Below, in pieces: positions 23,220 through 30,500 of a stretch of DNA of 43,163 nt. The position numbers and the translations under genes are program-made. Source of the stretch: Patescibacteria group bacterium (GTDB taxonomy: Bacteria; Patescibacteriota; Minisyncoccia; Phycocordibacterales; Zambryskibacteraceae). The number at the start of each line of letters is the position of its first letter. The stretch's first letter is position 1. The stretch spans positions 1 through 43,163 of the forward strand of contig JBBUBA010000022.1 in NCBI GenBank assembly GCA_038058485.1, given 5' to 3'. The notes below the pieces were generated by a model that searched no databases, had not been told where the DNA came from, and was given only the letters and a program-made list of their open reading frames with translations.

Positions 23220-23765
23220 ATGAAGGAACTTGATAAAAGTATAAAAAGGAAATACTCATTTTCAGAATATAACCCCAACTGGAAACTCCAGTTTTCTATT
23301 TTACGAGATTTTATTCTGGAGGTATTTGGAGATAAGGCTATTAAAATTGAACATGTTGGAAGCACTTCGGTTGAAGGCATGAAAGCAAAACCCTTGATTG
23401 ATGTTCTAGTCATTGTAAAGAAAATGGAATCTTTCCAAGAACAAAAAGACAAGATGACTAAAGCTGGATACGAGTGGGGAGAAAACTACATCGCCCCTAA
23501 TACACTTCTCTTCTTTAGATTGGGTCTTGATGGAGAGAAGCTCGACAACATACATATATGCGAAGAGGATTCGCCAAAAGCACGCCAGTTTATTGTTGTG
23601 AGAGATTATCTAAGAACCCACACAGAGAGGGCAAGAGAGTATTCGGATTTGAAGCAAAGGAATGCAGAACTTTATCCTGATGATTACCCAGCTTATCGGA
23701 AAGCTAAATACTCGTTTTTACAGCAATTAGAGAAAGAGGCATACGGATGGGCAGAAACGAAATAA
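23220..23765 (+). CDS. GrpB-family protein
   Basis: IEHVGSTSVEGMKAKPLIDVLV and HICEEDSP..FIVVRDYLR are typical of the GrpB (UPF0157) family. Confidence 0.75.
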   Translation: MKELDKSIKRKYSFSEYNPNWKLQFSILRDFILEVFGDKAIKIEHVGSTSVEGMKAKPLIDVLVIVKKMESFQEQKDKMTKAGYEWGENYIAPNTLLFFRLGLDGEKLDNIHICEEDSPKARQFIVVRDYLRTHTERAREYSDLKQRNAELYPDDYPAYRKAKYSFLQQLEKEAYGWAETK

Positions 23766-23769
23766 AATT

Positions 23770-24312
23770 ATGAAATTCTTTATCGGCATTGTTCCTCCAT
23801 TGGCTATTAAAGAAAAAATCTTTGAGTTCCAGAAAAGCTTCCCTTCAAACAAAGTTCCGTATTTTAATGAACCGCATATAACCTTGAAAGTTCCGAGCGG
23901 ATTATCTGAAGACAAGGCTTGGCTTGCCCCACTGATGACACTTGTCGGAGGTCATGCGCCATTTGAAATCAAGCTTGATGGACTAGATGGGTTTGAAAAC
24001 AAAGTGCTTTTTTTGAAACCCGTTTTTTCAGAAGGGCTTATGAGTCTACATAACAAATTAGTTGCACTTTTGAATCCTAATATGGAGGCCAGAGAGAAGT
24101 TTTTTGAAGGGTCCTTGTTTCATCCTCACCTTACACTTGGAGAAACTACTTGGGGTGAAATGACCACAGAAGAACTGGAGGAAATGCGAAAGAAAGCCGA
24201 AACAGAATTTTATACCATACCGCCGTTCCTAGTTACTTTCGTCCGGCTTTATCAGAAAGATACTGATGATGGGTTTTACCAGAAACTCCTCGACATTCCT
24301 CTTAAAATATAG
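23770..24312 (+). CDS. 2H-phosphoesterase / 2'-5' RNA ligase (LigT)-like protein
   Basis: Two H-x-T/S-x motifs: PHITLKV and HPHLTLGE. Confidence 0.75.
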   Translation: MKFFIGIVPPLAIKEKIFEFQKSFPSNKVPYFNEPHITLKVPSGLSEDKAWLAPLMTLVGGHAPFEIKLDGLDGFENKVLFLKPVFSEGLMSLHNKLVALLNPNMEAREKFFEGSLFHPHLTLGETTWGEMTTEELEEMRKKAETEFYTIPPFLVTFVRLYQKDTDDGFYQKLLDIPLKI

Positions 24313-24345
24313 TTCCAATCTTCCTGTTTTATGAGTTCGGAAATC

Positions 24346-24370
24346 CCTGCCTGCCAACCCGGCAGGCAGG
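24346..24370. repeat. GC-rich hairpin CCTGCCTGCC-aaccc-GGCAGGCAGG followed by TATAAT
   Basis: 10-bp stem. Related GCAGGCAGG motifs occur at 22858-22875, 25085-25103 and 11979-11994. Confidence 0.8.
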
Positions 24371-24457
24371 CAGTATAATGGGTTCGCAAAAAGAAACTCC
24401 GGCAGGAGTGAGCGAAAAATGTTGAGAAGTTTGATATAATTTTTGTTCATTAAACAC

Positions 24458-25012
24458 ATGTCAGAACTTTTACCAAAAAGAATCTTTTTTACAAAAGGAG
24501 TCGGGGTTCATAAGGAATACTTAACTTCGTTTGAACTAGCCCTCCGTGATGCCGGAGTAGCTCCATTTAATCTCGTCTCGGTGTCAAGCATCTTTCCGCC
24601 CAATTGCAAACGGGTGTCTCGAGAGGAAGGACTTAAATATTTGAAACCGGGATCAATAGTACATTGTGTTTTAGCGCGTCTTGCAACCAATGAACCTAAT
24701 CGCCTGGTAGCGGCTTCGATTGGTGTAGCCATGCCATCGGATCCCAATCAATATGGGTATCTTTCAGAGCACCATCCTTTTGGTGAGACCGAGACAAAAG
24801 CGGGTGAATATGCGGAAGACCTTGCAGCGACCATGCTTGCCACAACTCTTGGCATTGAATTCGATTCAAATACAGCTTGGGACGAGCGAGAACAACAATA
24901 TAAGGCCTCCGGCAAAATTATCAAAACTTCTAATTTCACTCAATCCGCTCAAGGTAATAAAGACGGTCTTTGGACAACTGTTTTAGCTCTTGGGGTATTT
25001 GTAATGGAATAA
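24458..25012 (+). CDS. pdaD: pyruvoyl-dependent arginine decarboxylase
   Basis: ..[12 protein letters not shown]......[10 protein letters not shown]....NLV.VSSIFPP with the Ser-Ser self-cleavage site. Alternative start at 24443. Confidence 0.85.
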   Translation: MSELLPKRIFFTKGVGVHKEYLTSFELALRDAGVAPFNLVSVSSIFPPNCKRVSREEGLKYLKPGSIVHCVLARLATNEPNRLVAASIGVAMPSDPNQYGYLSEHHPFGETETKAGEYAEDLAATMLATTLGIEFDSNTAWDEREQQYKASGKIIKTSNFTQSAQGNKDGLWTTVLALGVFVME

Positions 25013-25037
25013 TTTAGGGAGTTTTTAAGAATTAGTA

Positions 25038-25067
25038 TTAATATCAAGGTTCTTAATATCAAGGTTC
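25038..25067. repeat. perfect tandem duplication, 2 x 15 nt, TTAATATCAAGGTTC
   Basis: Seen directly. Lies downstream of pdaD and upstream of the cassette F promoter. Confidence 0.9.
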
Positions 25068-25123
25068 GATCTCGATATTTTAATCCGGCGGGCAGGCAGT
25101 ATATATAGGTCACATTCAGAAAC

Positions 25124-25153
25124 TTGACACGAAATGCAGATCTGGGTTACCAT
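25124..25153 (+). promoter_or_regulatory. putative promoter TTGACA-18-TACCAT (cassette F leader)
   Basis: Perfect -35 box and weaker -10 box. The spacer resembles that of the cassette B promoter (..AGAT(AT)CTGGGT..). Confidence 0.4.
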
Positions 25154-25282
25154 ACCTAAGTAAACATATGAAATCTCTCTCAAGAAAGACATCTGTTTGG
25201 TTCGCTTATTTTGCCCATTTTGAAACCCGAAATCGGGGGATTTTCTCTATCTTGTAAACACTAAAATTTTGAAGGATACGAA

Positions 25283-25308
25283 ACGACCCCCATTTGGGGG
25301 TCGTTTTT
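25283..25308 (+). terminator. intrinsic terminator/attenuator within the leader of the 25414 gene
   Basis: ACGACCCCC / GGGGGTCGT 9-bp stem followed by TTTT. Confidence 0.7.
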
Positions 25309-25413
25309 GTTTGGGATTTGCTCACAAAATCTTGCTAGCAGATCCCAGGTAAACAACCTGGTCGAGAGACAGCCTCTTGAAGTTCTTTATAAACTACAGA
25401 ACAAGGAGGGGGG

Positions 25414-26169
25414 ATGAAATACGATAGAGTGGCGAAGCGAGCGGTTGTCAAACTCCGAGGAGCGAGCTTAGAGGCTTTTAACTTCATCGAGAACCTTGAA
25501 AGTGCTGAACTCAACGCCATTCCCGAACTTTGCTCGGCCTTGAGCTCACCAGTCATCTCGCTCGTCGGATTTTCCTGCGCTTTCGGTGGTGGAGACGAGA
25601 AGGATATCACCATCATTGAGCGCGGATTCTTCGAGAAGAGAACGAGAGCAAAGACGGAGGAGCTCGTGAGCTCTCTTCGAGGTCTTGGTAAAGAAGTCAA
25701 AATGACTATCTTTATTGAGGATCTCGAACTTCGCCGAGTGTGGGGATGGTCAAGAAGTCAGGAAGAGATCACAGCTGAGTGCGAGTTCCAGATTGAACTC
25801 GCAAGAGAGAGCGGAGAAGTTCCACCAGGTGTAGATGTGAGACTATGGTCTACCGTCGAACCTGATGCCGTCTCCGCTGGCTCTGCTACACATGAAGAGG
25901 TTCTTGTGTGGGCTAGAGAATCTGGCCAATCTCGCATTCTTGATATCATCGCTCGTCATCGCCAAACATATCCGAGAAACAAGGGAGTGAGTTTGGCGAG
26001 TTTGCGAGCAACATCGGTGACGGGCCTCGCGGGCTACAGTCTCGTGGGCGAAGCTCTTGAGATTCTCTACCCAGACAGCATTCTCGTCCAGCCGGCTCAC
26101 CCTTGGAGAGATCACTTGATGGGATACCGGCGCAAACGTGTCCTACCCATCATCCATCCATGGAGATAG
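25414..26169 (+). CDS. hypothetical soluble protein, 251 aa, GC-rich block
   Basis: Strong SD (AAGGAGGGGGG) directly before the ATG, GC3-rich codons. No family recognised by eye. Confidence 0.65.
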   Translation: MKYDRVAKRAVVKLRGASLEAFNFIENLESAELNAIPELCSALSSPVISLVGFSCAFGGGDEKDITIIERGFFEKRTRAKTEELVSSLRGLGKEVKMTIFIEDLELRRVWGWSRSQEEITAECEFQIELARESGEVPPGVDVRLWSTVEPDAVSAGSATHEEVLVWARESGQSRILDIIARHRQTYPRNKGVSLASLRATSVTGLAGYSLVGEALEILYPDSILVQPAHPWRDHLMGYRRKRVLPIIHPWR

Positions 26170-26171
26170 GT

Positions 26172-26228
26172 ATGAGACACCGCACTCTGAATCGTTGTTG
26201 TGGAGGTGTTGCGGCCTACAACTCATGA
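26172..26228 (+). CDS. 18-aa Cys-rich mini-peptide MRHRTLNRCCGGVAAYNS
   Basis: The ATG lies 2 nt after the upstream stop and 5 nt after GGAGA. Shares MRHRxxxRCCGG with the next small ORF, with mainly synonymous codon differences. Confidence 0.45.
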   Translation: MRHRTLNRCCGGVAAYNS

Positions 26229-26267
26229 GATTCCAAATCTACGAACGAATTGGAAGGAGGTGATGAC

Positions 26268-26576
26268 ATGAGACATAGGAGCTTTACTCGCTGTTGCGGA
26301 GGGCTCCCTCTGCACTGTTCTGTGGAACGAGATCCAACCGGCGAGGTCTACCCCTCGCCGGTTTTTTTCTTTTTAAGACCCTTCACGAAGAGGGTCCCTC
26401 CGATAATCATAACCACTGCTCCAATTATTGGTACGAACAAACCTATAAATATTGAGCCATTACTTGGCTTCAGGGTTGAACCGAACAAGACTAATAGGGC
26501 GGTCACTGCAGTGTTCATTGGCCACAAAATAAGGATGAAGTTTCGATATGGTAAACGACTAAGTCCAGCGCCGTAA
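26268..26576 (+). CDS. second MRHRSFTRCCGG... mini-ORF, 3' end uncertain
   Basis: Strong SD GGAAGGAGG. The frame stays open through the terminator at 26336-26368 and then runs antisense to the DedA-like gene. Only the 5' portion is likely meaningful. Confidence 0.3.
   Translation: MRHRSFTRCCGGLPLHCSVERDPTGEVYPSPVFFFLRPFTKRVPPIIITTAPIIGTNKPINIEPLLGFRVEPNKTNRAVTAVFIGHKIRMKFRYGKRLSPAP
26336..26368 (+). terminator. intrinsic terminator of cassette F
   Basis: CCGGCGAGG / CCTCGCCGG 9-bp stem followed by TTTTTTT. Its 3' half also encodes the last codons (TGEG-stop) of the convergent gene. Confidence 0.75.
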
Positions 26577-27016
26577 GCCAGCACTTCAGGGATGGCAAAT
26601 AAAGTAAGGCAGGCTTGAAAAAATCCCTTGACATCTCCCACATGTTCAACGATACGATTCACAAGAGATTCTTCTTTATTTGAAATTAACTTGTTTACAA
26701 ATTTTCTACCAAAAAACCTGCCGATATAAAAAGCAATGGTATAACCAAGAAAATCACCAATAGCCACATAGACTATGCCGGGCCAAAATCCGAAGAATAG
26801 CCCTACTAGCGGGTAGAGCGGAGAACCGGACAGAGGAGCAATAACTATGGTTGAAACCTTGAGGAAAATAAAAACAAGTGGAGCCCAAACACCTGCCCCC
26901 TCAACCCACACACGAAGAGTACTTATATCGAATATTAATGCTATACCAACTATTAGTAGAATGGTGATACCAACTCCCACTAAATTTAACTGCTCTGTTG
27001 GTTTCTTTTCTTCCAT
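26348..27016 (-). CDS. DedA/VTT-domain (TVP38/TMEM64-like) membrane protein
   Basis: Multi-TM protein with ..SGSPLYPLVGLFFGFWPG..GDFLGYTIAFYIGRFFGRKF.., typical of the SNARE-associated/DedA family. Confidence 0.75.
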   Translation of the reverse strand: MEEKKPTEQLNLVGVGITILLIVGIALIFDISTLRVWVEGAGVWAPLVFIFLKVSTIVIAPLSGSPLYPLVGLFFGFWPGIVYVAIGDFLGYTIAFYIGRFFGRKFVNKLISNKEESLVNRIVEHVGDVKGFFQACLTLFAIPEVLAYGAGLSRLPYRNFILILWPMNTAVTALLVLFGSTLKPSNGSIFIGLFVPIIGAVVMIIGGTLFVKGLKKKKTGEG

Positions 27017-27062
27017 CTAGGACAGTGTAGCAAGTTCTGATATTATGTCTTCTTTGAAGCCT

Positions 27063-27135
27063 GCGCGGTTAGCTCAGTTGGTAGAGCATCCCCTTGACGT
27101 GGGGAGGGTCAGAGGTTCGAGTCCTCTATCGCGCA
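27063..27135 (+). tRNA. tRNA-Val(GAC)
   Basis: GCGCGGT-TA-GCTC..GAGC-A-TCCCC-TTGACGT-GGGGA..AGAGG-TTCGAGT-CCTCT-ATCGCGC-A. Confidence 0.92.
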
Positions 27136-27138
27136 CTT

Positions 27139-28185
27139 GTGAAAATTCTTGCTATAGAAACTAGTTGCGATGAGACGGCGGTAGCCATACTTGAGTGTAA
27201 TGGGTCACTTCCCTTACCGACTTTTAAAGTGCTAGGGAATTCCTTAATGTCACAAATTCAAATTCATGAAAAGTATGGGGGTGTTTACCCGATGCTGGCA
27301 AAGCGAGAACATATAAAAAACCTTCCCATTTTGCTTGAAAAGACTTTAGTGGAATCAGGAATCAAGAATCACGAATCAAATGAGATAGATTATATAGCAG
27401 TCACAGCAGGCCCTGGGCTCGAACCAGCACTCTGGACAGGCATAACTTTTGCCGAGGAACTTGGAAGAAAGTTTAGCAAGCCAGTCCTTCCAATAAACCA
27501 CATGGAGGGGCACCTCATGTCTTTCCTGTTCAATGCCACGAAATCTTTGATGCTACCCGCTATCGCCCTTCTTGTTTCAGGGGGGCACACTGAACTTGTG
27601 CTCATGGAGAGCTTTGATAACTACAAGATTATAGGTAAAACTCGAGACGACGCCGTTGGAGAAGCTTTTGACAAAACGGCCAGACTTTTAGGCTTCCCAT
27701 ACCCCGGAGGGCCAAAAATTTCTGGACTGGCAGCCAGAGATAGAAGCAAGAATCAGGAATCGAGATTCAAGTTTCCTCGACCAATGCTCAAAACCGATGA
27801 TTTCGATTTTTCATACTCCGGTCTTAAAACTGCGGTTCTATATGCAATGAGAAAGCTTGAAAAAGTTGATGAAGAGATTAAAGAAAATCTGGCTAGAGCT
27901 TTTGAAGACGCTGCCATAGAACCACTAATAGAAAAGACTAGGAAAGCTACAGAAAAATATTCAGCAAGAAGTATCATCATTGGAGGAGGCGTATCGGCAA
28001 ACACTTACCTACGAAGTGAGCTTAAAAAGCTATGTGAGGAAAATGGTTTGGAATTTCAAATGCCAGAGAGAGCTATAACCACAGACAACGCCATCATGAT
28101 CGGTATCGTGGCTTATGTCCGCTCACTCACTAATCGTCTACCAGAGAAAACTACTATAGCCGCCAAAGGCAACCTTAGCCTCTAA
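27139..28185 (+). CDS. tsaD: tRNA N6-adenosine threonylcarbamoyltransferase TsaD
   Basis: (V)KILAIETSCDETAVAI.., HMEGH, GGVSAN. GTG start right after tRNA-Val. The upstream part of the ORF-track frame overlaps the tRNA. Confidence 0.9.
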   Translation: MKILAIETSCDETAVAILECNGSLPLPTFKVLGNSLMSQIQIHEKYGGVYPMLAKREHIKNLPILLEKTLVESGIKNHESNEIDYIAVTAGPGLEPALWTGITFAEELGRKFSKPVLPINHMEGHLMSFLFNATKSLMLPAIALLVSGGHTELVLMESFDNYKIIGKTRDDAVGEAFDKTARLLGFPYPGGPKISGLAARDRSKNQESRFKFPRPMLKTDDFDFSYSGLKTAVLYAMRKLEKVDEEIKENLARAFEDAAIEPLIEKTRKATEKYSARSIIIGGGVSANTYLRSELKKLCEENGLEFQMPERAITTDNAIMIGIVAYVRSLTNRLPEKTTIAAKGNLSL

Positions 28186-30338
28186 AAAATCTCCTCTTTT
28201 TCGTCTATTTTACTCTCCTCTATTACTATTGTTGATCCCTCGATTGTAGAAACATTACCTTTAGGAGAGAAGATGACCCAAGCTACTGAGAAAATGAGAA
28301 CGACAATGAGGGGGAGGATGAGACAATATTCATTCAAAATGTAGGAAGCGGCAATGGCTCCAAGAAGACCAAGGACAAGAGTGCTCCATCCGACAATGAA
28401 TCTCTTAAGGACATTTTCAGATGTATCAGTATAAAGGACATTCTTAAGAATGGCCCCAAGAAGATAAAGGACAGACAGAATTAAAGCAAATTCGTAAAGA
28501 CACTGAAGTTTATCCCTTAAACTATCTGGCGTAGTCAGGATAGCTGAAGCCAGATTTCTCAAATTTTGTCCTTTATTGATTGGCTCCGCTATTGCCAAAG
28601 TTGAAGTGGAGGTTATGGGCACTAGGGCCGTTAACACCTCTGTAGAAGTGCTGGTCTGGTACCCAACAATCGGTAGTCCGACTCCTCCGCCACTCTGGAG
28701 TAGAGCTCGGTAAACATCAATTTCGTGTTGTTGTTCGGGCGTTATTGCAACATTGTTTCCACAATAGATTTCGTTGACCTTCTTTAGAGTCAGAATGTAA
28801 GCATAGTGAGTGGGAGCTGTCTCGCCCCAAGGAGTAAGTATCTCGTCTTTGTACTTATCCTGGAAGTTCCCAACTGCATCATAGGTAGCTTGATCAAAGA
28901 CACCATTGATAGTCACTGCATCATAGCCCATATAAACCTTAAGGAAGGACTGAAGCTTCATTACCTCTATAGGATCGTTATTGAAATCGATCCTCATGTA
29001 ATCATTTACTAAAGGACAAGCAAATGGAATGGATGGAGGGGGAGAAGAGTGTCTACGACCACTTCCACCACCGCCTCCGCCACCGCTTGGAGGTGTCACG
29101 GGTGACGGTGGAGGAGTGATAGCTAGATCAATCACCACTGTATCACTCGCATTAACTGTACCATTGGTACAGGTGATAGTGATGGTGACAGGAGTTGATG
29201 TAGATGGATAAAAGGGATTACCTGATGCAATTGGAGAACTCGTTCCAACGAGACCTATACCGGAGACTACAGAAGGGCTCATCTGACATGCAGTCGAATT
29301 TGTTGAGGTCCAGGAAAGGATATAGACATCACCAGTCATGAGCGTAATTGGCCCATCGGAACCATTGGCCTTAATATCTACTATCGGTGTGGTAGTCGTC
29401 CCAATGTTTGCAAGATTTATTGTAACAGAATCACTTGCAGTTGTAACTCCATCCGTACAAGAAACCGTAATCGTTATTGGGGTGGTAGTTGAAGGATAAA
29501 ACGGGTTACTAGAGTCTATAGGAGCCGAACTTCCTATAAGAGACATTCCTGACACTATCGCTGGATTCATCTGACATGAAGTGGAATTTAATGATACCCA
29601 AGAAAGAGTATATGTTCCGCCAGGGATCAGTGTAATGGGACCATCAGAGCCGTTGGCTTTGACATCTATTGAGGGAGTGCTAGTCGATCCAACTAATTGC
29701 ACTACCACTGTATCACTCGCATTAACTGTGCCATTAGTACAGGTGATAGTGATGGTGACAGGAGTTGATGTAGATGGATAAAAGGGATTACTCGAATCTA
29801 TCACTGAACTCACGCCATTAAGCGTCACACCAGAAACAGTAGGACTCACCTGTTGGCAGGCGGTGGAATTGGTAGAATTCCAAGTATAGGTGTATGTGCT
29901 TCCAGAACTCAAAGTAACAGGACCATCGGAACCATTAACCTTCACATCGATTGTTGGTGGAGTAATAGGAGCTGGCAAAATAACTATCACGCTATCGGAC
30001 AAACTGGCTCCTCCTGCATCAATACAAGTAACGCTAAAGGTCGTGCTTCCACCAATTGCAGGATAAGAAGCATCTCCAGGAAGAACGGTGAAGGATGCAG
30101 ATGGTGACAACCCAGAAGAAGTCGGCGCAGTTAGCTGGCAGGCAATTGCATCAACTGTAGTCAAACTTACTGTAAAAGGTTGAGTTGAAGTTGAGAGGGT
30201 CAATGAATCCTGATTATCTGCTTTTATATCAACAGACAGAGCTGCTAAAGCAGAGCTTGGAGCAAAACAAAAAAACATAACCACAGCCGTGGAGATAATG
30301 AATAATTTTCTGTAAATTTGGCTTTTGATTAAGCTCAT
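28182..30338 (-). CDS. large secreted surface protein with about 5 Ig-like repeats, a poly-Gly/Pro linker, a peptidoglycan-binding-like domain and C-terminal TM helices
   Basis: Signal peptide MSLIKS..SSALA. Repeated unit ..VDIKANGSDGPITL..Y.LSW.S.NSTACQM.P..SG......NPFYPST..PVTITI.CT.G...ASD.V. Also LQSFLKVYMGYDAVTINGVFDQATYDAV. Confidence 0.8.
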   Translation of the reverse strand: MSLIKSQIYRKLFIISTAVVMFFCFAPSSALAALSVDIKADNQDSLTLSTSTQPFTVSLTTVDAIACQLTAPTSSGLSPSASFTVLPGDASYPAIGGSTTFSVTCIDAGGASLSDSVIVILPAPITPPTIDVKVNGSDGPVTLSSGSTYTYTWNSTNSTACQQVSPTVSGVTLNGVSSVIDSSNPFYPSTSTPVTITITCTNGTVNASDTVVVQLVGSTSTPSIDVKANGSDGPITLIPGGTYTLSWVSLNSTSCQMNPAIVSGMSLIGSSAPIDSSNPFYPSTTTPITITVSCTDGVTTASDSVTINLANIGTTTTPIVDIKANGSDGPITLMTGDVYILSWTSTNSTACQMSPSVVSGIGLVGTSSPIASGNPFYPSTSTPVTITITCTNGTVNASDTVVIDLAITPPPSPVTPPSGGGGGGGSGRRHSSPPPSIPFACPLVNDYMRIDFNNDPIEVMKLQSFLKVYMGYDAVTINGVFDQATYDAVGNFQDKYKDEILTPWGETAPTHYAYILTLKKVNEIYCGNNVAITPEQQHEIDVYRALLQSGGGVGLPIVGYQTSTSTEVLTALVPITSTSTLAIAEPINKGQNLRNLASAILTTPDSLRDKLQCLYEFALILSVLYLLGAILKNVLYTDTSENVLKRFIVGWSTLVLGLLGAIAASYILNEYCLILPLIVVLIFSVAWVIFSPKGNVSTIEGSTIVIEESKIDEKEEIF

Positions 30339-30500
30339 GTTTGCTTGTGTCCCCACCCTACGTCTTAAAAACAAAATAGTCAAGGATTTTTGATTATAAA
30401 AGTCATAAGAGACATTTTTACTAATTTTTAGTGTTTTTGTCCTTTATAATTAAAAGTCCTTTAGAGTTGGGTAGAATTCTTTGTGCTATTATTAAGCCGA

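Noticed and set aside
25038-25067. Possible CRISPR or iteron array
   Set aside because: There are only two adjacent 15-nt units with no spacers. No other regularly spaced repeats were found in the window, and no cas genes.
317-26370. Classical integron interpretation of the cassettes
   Set aside because: The units are dispersed rather than arrayed, most carry their own promoter, and I see no intI gene or shared attC-like consensus. The terminal hairpins are unrelated in sequence.
26250-26576. 108-aa ORF treated as a full-length gene
   Set aside because: It reads through a strong terminator and then runs antisense to the DedA-like gene. Only the MRHRSFTRCCGG 5' part is supported, by paralogy.
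29040-29100. Run of GGx codons (G8) as a possible slippage or frameshift site
   Set aside because: The reading frame is continuous across it, and it fits a flexible linker between the repeat region and the PG-binding-like domain.
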